A stretch of DNA of 64,000 bases from an uncultured Erysipelotrichaceae bacterium (lineage in GTDB: Bacteria; Bacillota_I; Bacilli_A; Erysipelotrichales; Erysipelotrichaceae): the NCBI GenBank assembly GCA_937874965.1, contig CALNCD010000068.1, positions 10,886-74,885 of the forward strand. The letters run 5' to 3'. This document shows, one piece after another, positions 23,540 to 33,602 of this stretch. Positions within the stretch are counted from its first letter, which is position 1, and each line of letters starts with the position of its first letter. The position numbers and the translations under genes are program-made. The notes below the pieces were generated by a model, which worked only from the letters and a program-made list of their open reading frames with translations, had not been told where the DNA came from and ran no database searches.

Positions 23540-25078
23540 TCAGCGTGCATGTCTTAGCAGACGTTTGATGTTCTTGACCAGCATATAGGAGCCTGAGCCG
23601 AAGTGCAGGGTAAATCCTGCCCGGGATTCAACAATCCGGACAACTCCGATCTGGTGAAGTTCACTGATATTGATTTTCTGGCTATCCAGCATATTCACAA
23701 TGATCTTGGTTGGTGTCGCTTGGATATTGCGGATGTTGTCCAACCCCCCTAACCCACTGATCATTCCATTGATCTTCTTGTCTTTCACGCCGATATTCAA
23801 AATATCGAGCGCCATGTTGTTGTAGTAGAATGTTGTGATGATGAAATAAACCGCAAAGGCAATCACCCCGATATAAATCATCAGGATAATCCGATTGCTG
23901 AGCAATGAGTTGTTGTAGTAGAAGATAAAATCAATCAGATTGCCTGGGTTAGCCGTATTCAATGTTGTCATGGTTGAAAACCCAACGAATAGTGATAATC
24001 CGGAGACAATCGCAAAAATCAGGGAAACCAGCAAAAGATGGATGACATAGAGCAGCGGAGCTGTCAGCAACATGATAATTTCTATCGGCAGGATATTTCC
24101 GGACAAGACTGAAATCAGGAAAACCACAATCAGGAGAATCAGGTGCTTGCGTCTTTCATACGACCCTGAATAAGTTCGATACATTGCGAAAAGGTAACCC
24201 GGTATCGCAAAGATATTGATAATATAGTAAGCAGCCGTGAACTTGCCGGATTCATAGAGAATCCCTAGGTTCATCTGGGCCAGCCAGATATTCAGATCAC
24301 CGTTGAACACTGATCCGAAGGAATCCATCCAGGATCCTCCGAAGCTTGCCAGCCAGAACTCAGAGCGAACGATGTTGGAAAGATTCAACAGTGAAGCGAT
24401 ACGATCCACAAATCCATAAATAAAGAAGTTCATCGGATTACGGACATCACTGCGGATAACATCGAAAATTGCGTAGAGCAGCTGAAGAATAAACGGCCAG
24501 ATATAGGCTAAGGCAATGCCTGCGGCAGCAGTAAGCAATACACCCAGGAGCAGGGACCACATATGATTATCCAGGAATCCCAGTAACCCATATCCTCCAA
24601 AACGCGTGGTTTGCTTGCTGGAATAGCGCGTAATCACATACACGATAAGTGCTGCTATAAGTCCCAGGGAAAAGGCTGATCCCGTTCCTGTTCCTATTCC
24701 CAGTTTTTCCAGATTGACAGAAAAGAAGGAATTGAAGACATTTGAAGAGAGCGTCGCTTTGCTTAACATCGGATACGCAAAAGTCACGACGATTTGCAGG
24801 ACCACATAATTGACGATTCCAGTAACCACCTGGGTATTATCATTGGTCTTGGAAAGCAAAAGCACACTCAGCAGCAACAGAGGATAAAGGGTAATTATAA
24901 AAGACCCGATGTAAACCAGAACATAGGCCACGACTGTTAGCAGACTATTGGACCAGTGAAATGTATTGACCATATATGTGTTCAGGAATACATTGCCAAT
25001 ACCTGAAAACAACAACCCCAGAACCAGAATTTTCACAGAAAACAATACGGATTCATAGGCAGAATGCCATCTATTCAT
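23540..25078 (-). CDS. Polytopic membrane protein with a C-terminal PTS EIIB(Glc)-like domain lacking the catalytic Cys
   Basis: Start at ATG 25078 (GAGGTGA RBS). About 12 TM segments. The C-terminal GLGGLDNIRNIQATPTKIIVNMLD aligns to the EIIB motif LGGxxNIxxxxxCxTRLRxxxxD with Cys->Thr and both Arg lost. Confidence 0.7.
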   Translation of the reverse strand: MNRWHSAYESVLFSVKILVLGLLFSGIGNVFLNTYMVNTFHWSNSLLTVVAYVLVYIGSFIITLYPLLLLSVLLLSKTNDNTQVVTGIVNYVVLQIVVTFAYPMLSKATLSSNVFNSFFSVNLEKLGIGTGTGSAFSLGLIAALIVYVITRYSSKQTTRFGGYGLLGFLDNHMWSLLLGVLLTAAAGIALAYIWPFILQLLYAIFDVIRSDVRNPMNFFIYGFVDRIASLLNLSNIVRSEFWLASFGGSWMDSFGSVFNGDLNIWLAQMNLGILYESGKFTAAYYIINIFAIPGYLFAMYRTYSGSYERRKHLILLIVVFLISVLSGNILPIEIIMLLTAPLLYVIHLLLVSLIFAIVSGLSLFVGFSTMTTLNTANPGNLIDFIFYYNNSLLSNRIILMIYIGVIAFAVYFIITTFYYNNMALDILNIGVKDKKINGMISGLGGLDNIRNIQATPTKIIVNMLDSQKINISELHQIGVVRIVESRAGFTLHFGSGSYMLVKNIKRLLRHAR

Positions 25079-25157
25079 AGATTCACCTCGCAATATATGG
25101 TAACATTATATAATAACAACAACAATCTTTAAAGGTTGAAAAGGATTATATCGTGTC

Positions 25158-26363
25158 ATGAGTCATTTTCTAGGTGAGCAAAAACTTAAATTTCATATCA
25201 ATAAAACCTTGGTTATGATTATCGCTGCCATGGCGGTACTCAGCGTGGTTTCGATTTACGGTGCCAAACCCCTTTTGGAAGAAGCCAATCAAGGTCTCTA
25301 TCAGCAGCAGATTTTCTGGTACATTCTCAGTATCGGGGTTGTTGCCTTTCTCATCTGGTTTGGCGTTGACCGCCTTTTCTCGGGCATCAAGCTTTTCTAT
25401 TGGATCCTGATCGGCTTTCTTGCGGTGCTCCTGATTGCACGAGCACTGGGTACTATCGGCATTTCTATTTCCTTTATTCCGCCATTGAACGGAACCTATG
25501 GCTGGTATATCTTCTTTGGCCGGCTCAGTTTTCAACCGGCAGAATTCATGAAAATTGTTTTAATTATCTACAGTGCCCTGATTATCAACAAGCATAACGA
25601 AGGCAAGACTGAAGCTTCCTTTGCCAGTGATATTCAGCTATTTCTCAAAATCGGCAAAATCTGCATTCTTCCTGTACTGCTGATTTTCTTTCAGCCCGAA
25701 ACCGGAATTATCCTGGTCATGGCTTTCAGTATTCTCATAATGCTCGCTGTATCAGGAATCCGTAAAGAATGGCTGGTTCTTCTCGTTGCCTTTATCATTG
25801 TTGCCTATCTGGGAATTATCTATATCTATTTCAATCATCCCAAATTAATCGAAATGTTTCTTGGATCAAACTATAAATCTGGCCGGATTGCTGGCTGGCT
25901 CGAACCCGAAAAATATGTAATTGGCTCTGGTTTCCATCTCTATACGGCTCAGCTTGCCTATGGAACCGCGGGATGGTTCGGCCATGGCTTCTCTTCCTTC
26001 GTCACGAAGATTCTGGAGCCTCAAAATGACTTTATCTTTGCTTTGATTACTCAGGACTTCGGATTCTATGGCGGAATTATTACGATGATTCTATGTCTCG
26101 TCATGGATTTCCAGCTGATCCGAATAGCCTATCGTTTTCCAAAAACACGTGAAAAATACCTCGTTGCCGGGGTATTGGGAATGCTTCTGTATCAACAGTT
26201 TCAAAATATCGGCATGATTTTAGGCGTCATGCCCATCACCGGAATTACATTGCCGTTTATCTCCTATGGAGGATCTTCCTTGATTTCCTACATGATCCCC
26301 TTTGCGATCATCTTCAACATGAGCAGCGAAACCATCAACCTGGGAACCCACTATATTCAATAA
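25158..26363 (+). CDS. FtsW/RodA/SpoVE (SEDS) family peptidoglycan glycosyltransferase
   Basis: 401 aa, 10 TM segments, conserved QPAEFMK, PETG and ITGITLPFISYGGSS motifs. Confidence 0.9.
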   Translation: MSHFLGEQKLKFHINKTLVMIIAAMAVLSVVSIYGAKPLLEEANQGLYQQQIFWYILSIGVVAFLIWFGVDRLFSGIKLFYWILIGFLAVLLIARALGTIGISISFIPPLNGTYGWYIFFGRLSFQPAEFMKIVLIIYSALIINKHNEGKTEASFASDIQLFLKIGKICILPVLLIFFQPETGIILVMAFSILIMLAVSGIRKEWLVLLVAFIIVAYLGIIYIYFNHPKLIEMFLGSNYKSGRIAGWLEPEKYVIGSGFHLYTAQLAYGTAGWFGHGFSSFVTKILEPQNDFIFALITQDFGFYGGIITMILCLVMDFQLIRIAYRFPKTREKYLVAGVLGMLLYQQFQNIGMILGVMPITGITLPFISYGGSSLISYMIPFAIIFNMSSETINLGTHYIQ

Positions 26364-27142
26364 AGCGATTCAAGTCGCTTTTTATAGTCCATTTGATGGT
26401 AATGCGCAAAGCGGACTGTCTTGTCAGAAAGTTTGATTTTGACCTCATTAAAGCCGTCCAGAGCAATGGATAAATGATCATAGCACAAGAATGCATCCAG
26501 ATATGCATCCTGGCTTCTCAGCGTTATTTCAGCCGTTCCTGGCAAAATCAACGGTGACTTGATAGACCGGGCACGATAATGATGAATCCCATTCAGCTCA
26601 ATCATCTGTAAAAGCTCAAGGCCTTTCCAAAGAATGGCGCCATTCGCTGAGCGATTATAGGCGGTAGACCCATCCTGTCCGCTGATACACAGGCCATTTC
26701 CCTGAAAACGCTCAAAGTAATCCTGATTGATCGTAACATCAATAGTCTGGGTCCTGATTATGCTTTCCACCCTGATTTCATTCAGAGCATAAATCGGATT
26801 TGTCGTCGTTATCCCTTTGCAATGAGCTTCAAGCAGACGCTTTTCTTCCATTTCGGGAACTTTTGAATGGATATCCTCAATCAGCTGTGCCACTTCATCC
26901 ACCTGATAATCAGTATAGAAACCCAAAGTTCCTGTATGAATACCGACAAAGGAAACCTGTTCAAGCTGGCTCCGCCATTGGTGGATGGCATGCAGCAAAG
27001 TTCCATCCCCACCGACACAGATGACCAGATCAGGATTTGAAATCGTAAAGACCAATCCTTGTTTTACCAATTCATCCTGAATCATTTTTGCTGTTCGTTT
27101 GGATACCCGATCATCACGGGTTGCTAGTGTAAATGACGTCAT
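26357..27142 (-). CDS. nadK: NAD kinase
   Basis: 261 aa with GGDGTLL and the NE..xxxxxDG..xSTxxGSTAYxxSxxG pattern. Confidence 0.93.
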   Translation of the reverse strand: MTSFTLATRDDRVSKRTAKMIQDELVKQGLVFTISNPDLVICVGGDGTLLHAIHQWRSQLEQVSFVGIHTGTLGFYTDYQVDEVAQLIEDIHSKVPEMEEKRLLEAHCKGITTTNPIYALNEIRVESIIRTQTIDVTINQDYFERFQGNGLCISGQDGSTAYNRSANGAILWKGLELLQMIELNGIHHYRARSIKSPLILPGTAEITLRSQDAYLDAFLCYDHLSIALDGFNEVKIKLSDKTVRFAHYHQMDYKKRLESLY

Positions 27143-27254
27143 GCTACCACCTCAACACTACGATTATACCAAGTTTCCCCGACCCTGTGGAATAAAAACG
27201 TTAATTGTCAAGAATTGGAGAGTCTGGTACAATCGTAGAGAAGTGAGGACCCGT

Positions 27255-27791
27255 ATGAATCAACATCTGGAAGTTGAATACAAGACACTTATTACCAAAT
27301 CAAGCTATGCAGAGATTCTTGGCGATCATCCTGAAGCCGAAACACACACACAGATCAACACGTATTTCGATACAGCCGATCATGAAATCCGAAAACGGCA
27401 TTGGATGATGCGGATCCGCCAGATTGCCCAGACATTTGAATTTACCCTGAAGATACCGAACAACGCCGGTGTAATGGAACATGTTCTGATGCTTGAAAAC
27501 AACACTATCGAACATCCGGATGTCCTTGATTTTCTGGCCTCTTTAGGAATCAAGGGACCTTTCCATATCGCAGGTCAATCCATTACGGAACGGTCCAGTT
27601 TCTATGATGAATTCGCCGAAATCAGTCTCGATTACAGCCGTTTCAAGTCTACAGAAGATTACGAACTTGAGTATGAATTAATAAAAGAAGCCTCTTCAAC
27701 GAGCGAAGAATGCTTCCAGGCCTTATTGAGGGCCTACAAGATCACCTATAAAAAAGCACCCGCTAAAGTCGTACGGGCGCTTTCTGATTAA
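27255..27791 (+). CDS. CYTH-domain protein (YjbK-like triphosphate tunnel metalloenzyme)
   Basis: Start at ATG 27255 (GTGAGGA RBS). N-terminal EVEYKTLI (ExExK signature). Divergent from nadK, as in the Bacillus yjbK-ppnK neighbourhood. Confidence 0.8.
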   Translation: MNQHLEVEYKTLITKSSYAEILGDHPEAETHTQINTYFDTADHEIRKRHWMMRIRQIAQTFEFTLKIPNNAGVMEHVLMLENNTIEHPDVLDFLASLGIKGPFHIAGQSITERSSFYDEFAEISLDYSRFKSTEDYELEYELIKEASSTSEECFQALLRAYKITYKKAPAKVVRALSD

Positions 27792-27796
27792 CCTGT

Positions 27797-28729
27797 CTAT
27801 CCCTGGTTTTCTGAAAGAGAAGTCCTTGTGATCCTTGAATCAGATGTATAAAGATTATCACCCACGGCATGGATATCCGCTTGAAACGGGTTCAAGTCAT
27901 CGCCATAATAATACGTTGTCACTGTAAGATTCAGATTGGATTCGATCCGCGTTTTGATTATCTGTGCCTGTCCGATGCGGCTCATGACCAGCTGGCGAAG
28001 GTCTTTCTTCAAACCGAATACGGGATAATATAACGAAAGCCGGGATCGGTCCAAGCTATAGAAGATCCCGATGCACTGTTTCAAGGGATTCATCGGAAGA
28101 ACAAAACCTCGGAGGGATTCACGCTGACGAGTTGTCAGGGGCAGATATACCGGTTTGATACAGTCTGCGATTTCATGAATCAGAAGATCCTGATCGAACT
28201 GATCACTGGAAAGCGTATCGTTCAAGGCGCTGCTCCAGACATCGATGCCAATTGTCTTGGCTTTTCTGAGGATATCTGTCGTGATATCCTTTTTGCCGTT
28301 GGTCAGATAGGCAAAGGACTCCAATTGATAAGGAATATGCAAGTCAAACTCAGAAAGAAAGATAGGTCCTTGAAAGAAAATGACATCCTGAAGGGATAGA
28401 CAATTCAAGCGCTTGGGTATGCCTTTGTTTTTATTTGCGCGCAGAATAGCCTCCTTGAAGTCCGCCTTGGTCCTATAGCCGTTTTGGGTACCATAGCGAT
28501 CCCACATCTTCTGCAGTGACATGCTCTGGATAGAACTCAGCTTGCCGTATCCGATCACGCCTTTTTCTTTTCCTTTGCGTTCTTTGCGATCCAGGAAGAA
28601 AAGAAGATCTCCGATTGTAAACGACGTGAATGCTTTATCACTCAGACGCCAGAAATTCATCGCCTTGGATCCATTCAGACGATGATATTCAATCATGTGG
28701 CGATCACTGACATAGACAATTGACGCCAT
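27797..28729 (-). CDS. Uncharacterised protein: N-terminal PUA/EVE-like domain + unknown C-terminal domain (310 aa)
   Basis: AGGAGGA RBS overlapping the fhs stop. The N-terminal pattern NFW..(20)..GDLLFFL...GVIGYGKL...MWDRYGTQNGY...LNCLSLQDVIFFQGPIF matches, from memory, the N-domain of a widespread family annotated as HNH endonuclease. No HNH motif here. Confidence 0.6.
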   Translation of the reverse strand: MASIVYVSDRHMIEYHRLNGSKAMNFWRLSDKAFTSFTIGDLLFFLDRKERKGKEKGVIGYGKLSSIQSMSLQKMWDRYGTQNGYRTKADFKEAILRANKNKGIPKRLNCLSLQDVIFFQGPIFLSEFDLHIPYQLESFAYLTNGKKDITTDILRKAKTIGIDVWSSALNDTLSSDQFDQDLLIHEIADCIKPVYLPLTTRQRESLRGFVLPMNPLKQCIGIFYSLDRSRLSLYYPVFGLKKDLRQLVMSRIGQAQIIKTRIESNLNLTVTTYYYGDDLNPFQADIHAVGDNLYTSDSRITRTSLSENQG

Positions 28730-28737
28730 AGTTCCTC

Positions 28738-30402
28738 CTAGAAGATTCCGCTGATTTTTCCTTGGCGATCAATCGTGATATCCAAGGCAGCAGGATGCTT
28801 TGGTAACCCTGGCATGGTCATAATTGTTCCGGTCATCGCAACGACAAACCCTGCCCCAGCACTTAATTTCAAACGCTTAACATGCAAGACAAACCCACGG
28901 GGACGTCCCAATCGTTTCGCATCATCAGAAAGCGAATACTGCGTCTTGGCGATACAGACCGCCAGATGATCAAATCCATCCCGTTTGAGCTTTTCAAACT
29001 GAGCCAGTGCATCATCGCTGTATTCAACCCCATCCGCTCCGTAAATGGTTCGTGCGATTGTTTCAATTTTCGCCAGAACATCCATTCCGGGTGTCACAAT
29101 AGGTGAATAGGTTATCTCCGACTGGCAGAGTTCAATGACACTGTTGGCCAGATCCTGTGCACCTAGTCCGCCTTTAGCATAGGCTTCACACAACGCAAAT
29201 TTGACATCGTGATCAAGACACCACTGTTTGATGAACCGAATTTCATCCGGCGTATCCGTATGGAAGACATTCAGGGACACCACGCACGGAACATGGTAGG
29301 CTGCGATGCTTTCCAGATGTTTTTCTAGATTTTCAATCCCTGCGCTTAACGCTTCCGTATTCGCTTCCCCCAGATTGTCATAAGCAACGCCGCCATGCAG
29401 TTTCAATGCCCGAATTGTCGCGACCAGAACAACAGCACTGGGCTTTATGCCTGCAGCAGGACATTTGATATCCAGGAACTTCTCGGCACCCAGATCCGCT
29501 CCGAATCCTGCTTCAGTAACAACGTAATCTGCTAATTTCAATGCCATTGTTGTGGCGATGACACTGTTGCAGCCATGGGCGATATTCGCAAAGGGCCCCC
29601 CATGAATCAGGACCGGTGATTTTTCCAGAGTCTGAACCAGATTCGGTTTTAAAGCATTGACCAGCAATGCGCAGACAGCACCGGTGGCCCCCAACTGATC
29701 GACACTCACCGGTTCATCTGTCATCGTATAGGCAATAACCATCCGTCCGATGCGCTCTTTCAAGTCAACATAGTCCCGAGCCAGGCAAAAAACAGCCATG
29801 ACTTCAGAAGCTACCGTGATATCAAATCCATCAAGCCGCTCAACGCCGTTATTCTTGCCCCGTCCGATTTCAATCTGCCGCAAAGCCCGATCATTCATAT
29901 CCATGCACCGTTTCCAGGTGATTTTCTCAGGATTGATATTCAGTTCATTGCCTTGAAACAGATGATTATCCACTAAGGCGCTGATAAGGTTATTCGCTGC
30001 GGTAATCGCATGGATATCTCCATTGAAATGCAGGTTGATATCCTCCATAGGAACCACCTGTGCATAACCCCCTCCGGCAGCACCGCCCTTCATCCCGAAA
30101 ACCGGACCTAATGAAGGTTCACGCAATGCACCGATAACATCTTTGTTCAAGGAAGCCAATCCATCGACCAAACCGACGGTCGTCGTGGTTTTCCCTTCAC
30201 CTGCTTTGGTTGGGTTAATCGCGGTTACCAGGATCAGCTTGCCATTGGAATTCCCATTGATCCGCTGGTGGATATCCAAGGATATCTTGGCTTTGTATTT
30301 TCCATAGTGTTCAACATACTCTGAATTGATCTTTGCCTTTTTCGCAATAATATCAATATTCTCCAAAACAGTTTCGTCGGCGATTTCATAGTCCTTCTTC
30401 AT
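28738..30402 (-). CDS. fhs: Formate--tetrahydrofolate ligase
   Basis: 554 aa, TAINPTKAGEGKTTTTVGL P-loop, conserved FANIAHGCNS. Confidence 0.97.
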   Translation of the reverse strand: MKKDYEIADETVLENIDIIAKKAKINSEYVEHYGKYKAKISLDIHQRINGNSNGKLILVTAINPTKAGEGKTTTTVGLVDGLASLNKDVIGALREPSLGPVFGMKGGAAGGGYAQVVPMEDINLHFNGDIHAITAANNLISALVDNHLFQGNELNINPEKITWKRCMDMNDRALRQIEIGRGKNNGVERLDGFDITVASEVMAVFCLARDYVDLKERIGRMVIAYTMTDEPVSVDQLGATGAVCALLVNALKPNLVQTLEKSPVLIHGGPFANIAHGCNSVIATTMALKLADYVVTEAGFGADLGAEKFLDIKCPAAGIKPSAVVLVATIRALKLHGGVAYDNLGEANTEALSAGIENLEKHLESIAAYHVPCVVSLNVFHTDTPDEIRFIKQWCLDHDVKFALCEAYAKGGLGAQDLANSVIELCQSEITYSPIVTPGMDVLAKIETIARTIYGADGVEYSDDALAQFEKLKRDGFDHLAVCIAKTQYSLSDDAKRLGRPRGFVLHVKRLKLSAGAGFVVAMTGTIMTMPGLPKHPAALDITIDRQGKISGIF

Positions 30403-30983
30403 TACTTTCTCCCTTCAAAGGCCTTCAGCAAGGTCATATCATCCGCATAATCCAAGTGCCCTCCGATCGGCAAACCGAACGCCAACCGTGAAACTGTTGT
30501 CAATCCTTCCAGTTTCTTCTGAATATACAAGGCACTCATTTCCCCTTCAACCGTTGCATTCAATGCCAGGATAACTTCTTGTGTCGAATCATTGACCCGA
30601 TTCAACAGCTGATCAATGTGAATATCCTCAGGCAATATTCCTTTCTGAGGGGAAAGCAGCCCGCCTAAAACATGATATACTCCAGTATACTGCTGTATTC
30701 TTTCAATTGCGATTAAATCTTTGACAGTAGCGACCACACAGATAGTCTGATGATCACGTGCGCCGTCCAGACAGATGCTGCACTGGTCCGCATTGGTGTA
30801 ATTCCCGCATACGGAACAGAAATGGATGTTCTGTTTGCTGTCCAGCAACGACTGGGCAAAAATCGTAATCTCCTCTGAAGGGAGATCCAATAAAGCCAAA
30901 GCATAACGCTCAGCTGTCTTGTCACCGACGCCCGGAAGCTTCTTCAATTCAAAAATAAGCTGTTCAAGTTCTTCTGGATACAT
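30402..30983 (-). CDS. recR: Recombination protein RecR
   Basis: 193 aa, LPGVGDKTAERYA helix-hairpin-helix, C4 zinc finger CSVCGN..CSIC, Toprim domain. Confidence 0.96.
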   Translation of the reverse strand: MYPEELEQLIFELKKLPGVGDKTAERYALALLDLPSEEITIFAQSLLDSKQNIHFCSVCGNYTNADQCSICLDGARDHQTICVVATVKDLIAIERIQQYTGVYHVLGGLLSPQKGILPEDIHIDQLLNRVNDSTQEVILALNATVEGEMSALYIQKKLEGLTTVSRLAFGLPIGGHLDYADDMTLLKAFEGRK

Positions 30984-30991
30984 TCGCTCAC

Positions 30992-32704
30992 CTACACAAT
31001 CTCAACATCATCACCAAATAATTCAAACAAACCCTCGTTCAGCCCTTCATGAACTGAACCCTCCTCTGCAGACTTGATCTGCAGAAGATCATCCGCAATT
31101 GCAACCGGATCCGGCAGAGTCTGACTCTGTGCTTTCTCCTTATACAAATCAACCGCCTGCTTGAAATCAGCCTGAGTAATTGCCTTAATCAATTTGGGCT
31201 GACCGAAAAGCATCCGACTGAACTCCAGCAGCAACGGCTGGATATCCTGTTCTTCCAATTGTCTGACCCGCTCTTCAAAATCGACGGCAACAAACATGAA
31301 GTTCCTGCCGCTCAAGACCACCTCTGAATTCATCAGAAGATTACTGACTTTCATCCAGTGATCATCCGAAATATACTGAATCAGAGTCTTCATTGCCGCA
31401 ATATCCTTGGCTTTGTCCTCTTTATTCGCACTGACCATATAAGCGACAACCTCAAGAAGATCCTTAACCGGTGCTGCTTCATTTTCAGAAATCTCTTCGT
31501 TTTGCTGCAGTTCAGCAACAGCAGCAGAAACTGTCGGCTCTGCTGCTTTCTCCTCGCTGGTTTCCGCAACAGGTTTAGGCATTGTCTTCTCAATCGGCTG
31601 CAAGGCCGGACGCTGTCCTTTACGGTTCTTGGAGCGTTCACTTAATCGAATAAGCGTTATCTCCAGATATGCCAAGACATTCTGGGTATACCGTGATTTA
31701 TCCATTGTTTCCAGCAGGACATCTATCGCATCTAAAAGATACGGACTGGATACACTGGAGCTGATAACCTTGATTGCGTCCAAGTCCATTGCCGGCAGAT
31801 ACGCTTCCGACTTATTGAAATTATAAATAATGGCATTCTTCAGCAGCTCAATGAAATCAAAGACCATCCGCTTCAGATCGACATTCTGCTCACTCATCTG
31901 ATGGATCAGCATCAGAGCCTGGTCGACATCGCCGTTCACAATCGCCTGAAACAATTCAAGCCGTTGCTGCGGTGTTGTCACACCATAGATTTCATAAACG
32001 TCACTTCGCTTGATTTCATCATCCGCATAAGCAACTGCTTGTTCTAGGATTGTCAGAGCATCCCGAACCCCGCCGTCCGAAAGGGAACTGATCAGGTCAC
32101 AGACGCCATCTTCAGACTTGATCTGTTCCTTCTCAAGAATCGAGGATAAATACCGGCTTAATTCAGCCGCTTCAATCCGTTTGAAATCAAACCGCTGGCA
32201 TCGGGAGATAATCGTCGGCAGAACCTTATGCGCTTCAGTTGTTGCCAGAATAAAAATAACATGCTCAGGAGGCTCTTCCAATGTCTTCAGCAAGGCGTTG
32301 AAAGCGCCTTGTGAGAGCATGTGAACCTCATCGATGATGTAGACTTTATAGCGGCCTTCCAATGGAGCATATTTTACTTTTTCAATCAGATCCCGGATTT
32401 CATCGACCCCGTTATTGCTGGCAGCATCGATTTCAATGACATCCGGATAGGTGCCGTTCTGAATAGCGAGACAACTCGCACACTTCCCGCACGGACGGTT
32501 TTCAGAAGCCTCGCAATTCACAGCCTTGGCGAGGATTTTGGCTAAGGTTGTCTTTCCGGTTCCCCGTGGTCCGCAGAAAAGATACGCATGAGAGACCCGA
32601 TTGCTCTTAAGTGCATTCTGCAGTGTTTTCACAATATGATGCTGACCGACGACATCCTGGAATGTTTGCGGTCGATATGTTCGATAAAATGATTTATAGG
32701 CCAT
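30992..32704 (-). CDS. dnaX: DNA polymerase III subunit gamma/tau
   Basis: 570 aa, YRTYRPQTFQDVVGQ, GPRGTGKTT, zinc module CGKCASC, SRCQRF. Confidence 0.96.
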   Translation of the reverse strand: MAYKSFYRTYRPQTFQDVVGQHHIVKTLQNALKSNRVSHAYLFCGPRGTGKTTLAKILAKAVNCEASENRPCGKCASCLAIQNGTYPDVIEIDAASNNGVDEIRDLIEKVKYAPLEGRYKVYIIDEVHMLSQGAFNALLKTLEEPPEHVIFILATTEAHKVLPTIISRCQRFDFKRIEAAELSRYLSSILEKEQIKSEDGVCDLISSLSDGGVRDALTILEQAVAYADDEIKRSDVYEIYGVTTPQQRLELFQAIVNGDVDQALMLIHQMSEQNVDLKRMVFDFIELLKNAIIYNFNKSEAYLPAMDLDAIKVISSSVSSPYLLDAIDVLLETMDKSRYTQNVLAYLEITLIRLSERSKNRKGQRPALQPIEKTMPKPVAETSEEKAAEPTVSAAVAELQQNEEISENEAAPVKDLLEVVAYMVSANKEDKAKDIAAMKTLIQYISDDHWMKVSNLLMNSEVVLSGRNFMFVAVDFEERVRQLEEQDIQPLLLEFSRMLFGQPKLIKAITQADFKQAVDLYKEKAQSQTLPDPVAIADDLLQIKSAEEGSVHEGLNEGLFELFGDDVEIV

Positions 32705-32784
32705 TTAGCGTCACTCCTGCGATTATTATACCATGCGTTATCATTGCATTTGCATAAAAAAAGCATTTACTATATAATTTCGAT

Positions 32785-33444
32785 ATGACAAATGTAAGAA
32801 AAGAAAAGAAAAAAAAGAATAAACTGTACACCTTTCTGAATATTGTGGGTGTTCTTCTAATTGTAGTCGGTTTATCGCTGGGCGGGTATACCTTCTGGCA
32901 GAATCAGCAGACAAAAAATGAAGTTGATTCCGAAATCTCAGATTGGGAGAACCTCCCTGTCTCTGATGGAACAACAGGGGATGAAACAGCCAGCATCCAA
33001 GAAGGCGTTGATCTCAGCGGCAACCAGAAACTATGGGGCGTTATCGAAATACCGTCTCTTAACGTCAAAGCACCTATCTCAGCCGTCTATGATTGGCAGC
33101 TTCTTCGTAAGTATGTCGTTCCTTTCAAAGAAGGGGATCTTCCCTCTGTGAGCGGCGGAAACTATTCGTTGGCTTCACATTGGGGAAACTCGTATTGCTC
33201 CTATTGCTACTTCCGGGACATCAAGAATACTGAAGTCGGTGCCATCATTACTGTCTACGATCGGACGACTGTCTATACCTATGAAGTCTATGCGGCACCG
33301 CGGACCATCACTGATCAGGATGTTGAAATCCTGAATCGCATTGAAGGGCAGACGACATTGACCCTGATTACCTGTGTGACTGTCAAAGATCCGCGCAGGA
33401 CAGTGGTTCAGGCAAAGCTGATCACCAGTGCCCCGCGAACATAA
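32785..33444 (+). CDS. Sortase (class not assigned)
   Basis: 219 aa, N-terminal TM anchor, catalytic TLITC, preceding His (LASHWG) and downstream Arg (DPRRTVV). Confidence 0.85.
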   Translation: MTNVRKEKKKKNKLYTFLNIVGVLLIVVGLSLGGYTFWQNQQTKNEVDSEISDWENLPVSDGTTGDETASIQEGVDLSGNQKLWGVIEIPSLNVKAPISAVYDWQLLRKYVVPFKEGDLPSVSGGNYSLASHWGNSYCSYCYFRDIKNTEVGAIITVYDRTTVYTYEVYAAPRTITDQDVEILNRIEGQTTLTLITCVTVKDPRRTVVQAKLITSAPRT

Positions 33445-33602
33445 TTGAGCGAATCTATGAAGAGGGACGGGAAACCGTTCTTTTTGCCGGCCTGAATTTC
33501 CCTGAAAGAACTGATTCAGAGACAAAGCGAAAAATTCATGTAATCCCAAAACCTGATCCTGATAGAATCAAAGCATCAACCCTATGCTAAGGAGAAATAC
33601 TA

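Noticed and set aside
27099-27254. 52-aa N-terminal extension of the CYTH ORF
   Set aside because: It overlaps the nadK start region on the opposite strand. The ATG at 27255 has an RBS and begins right at the conserved ExExK motif.
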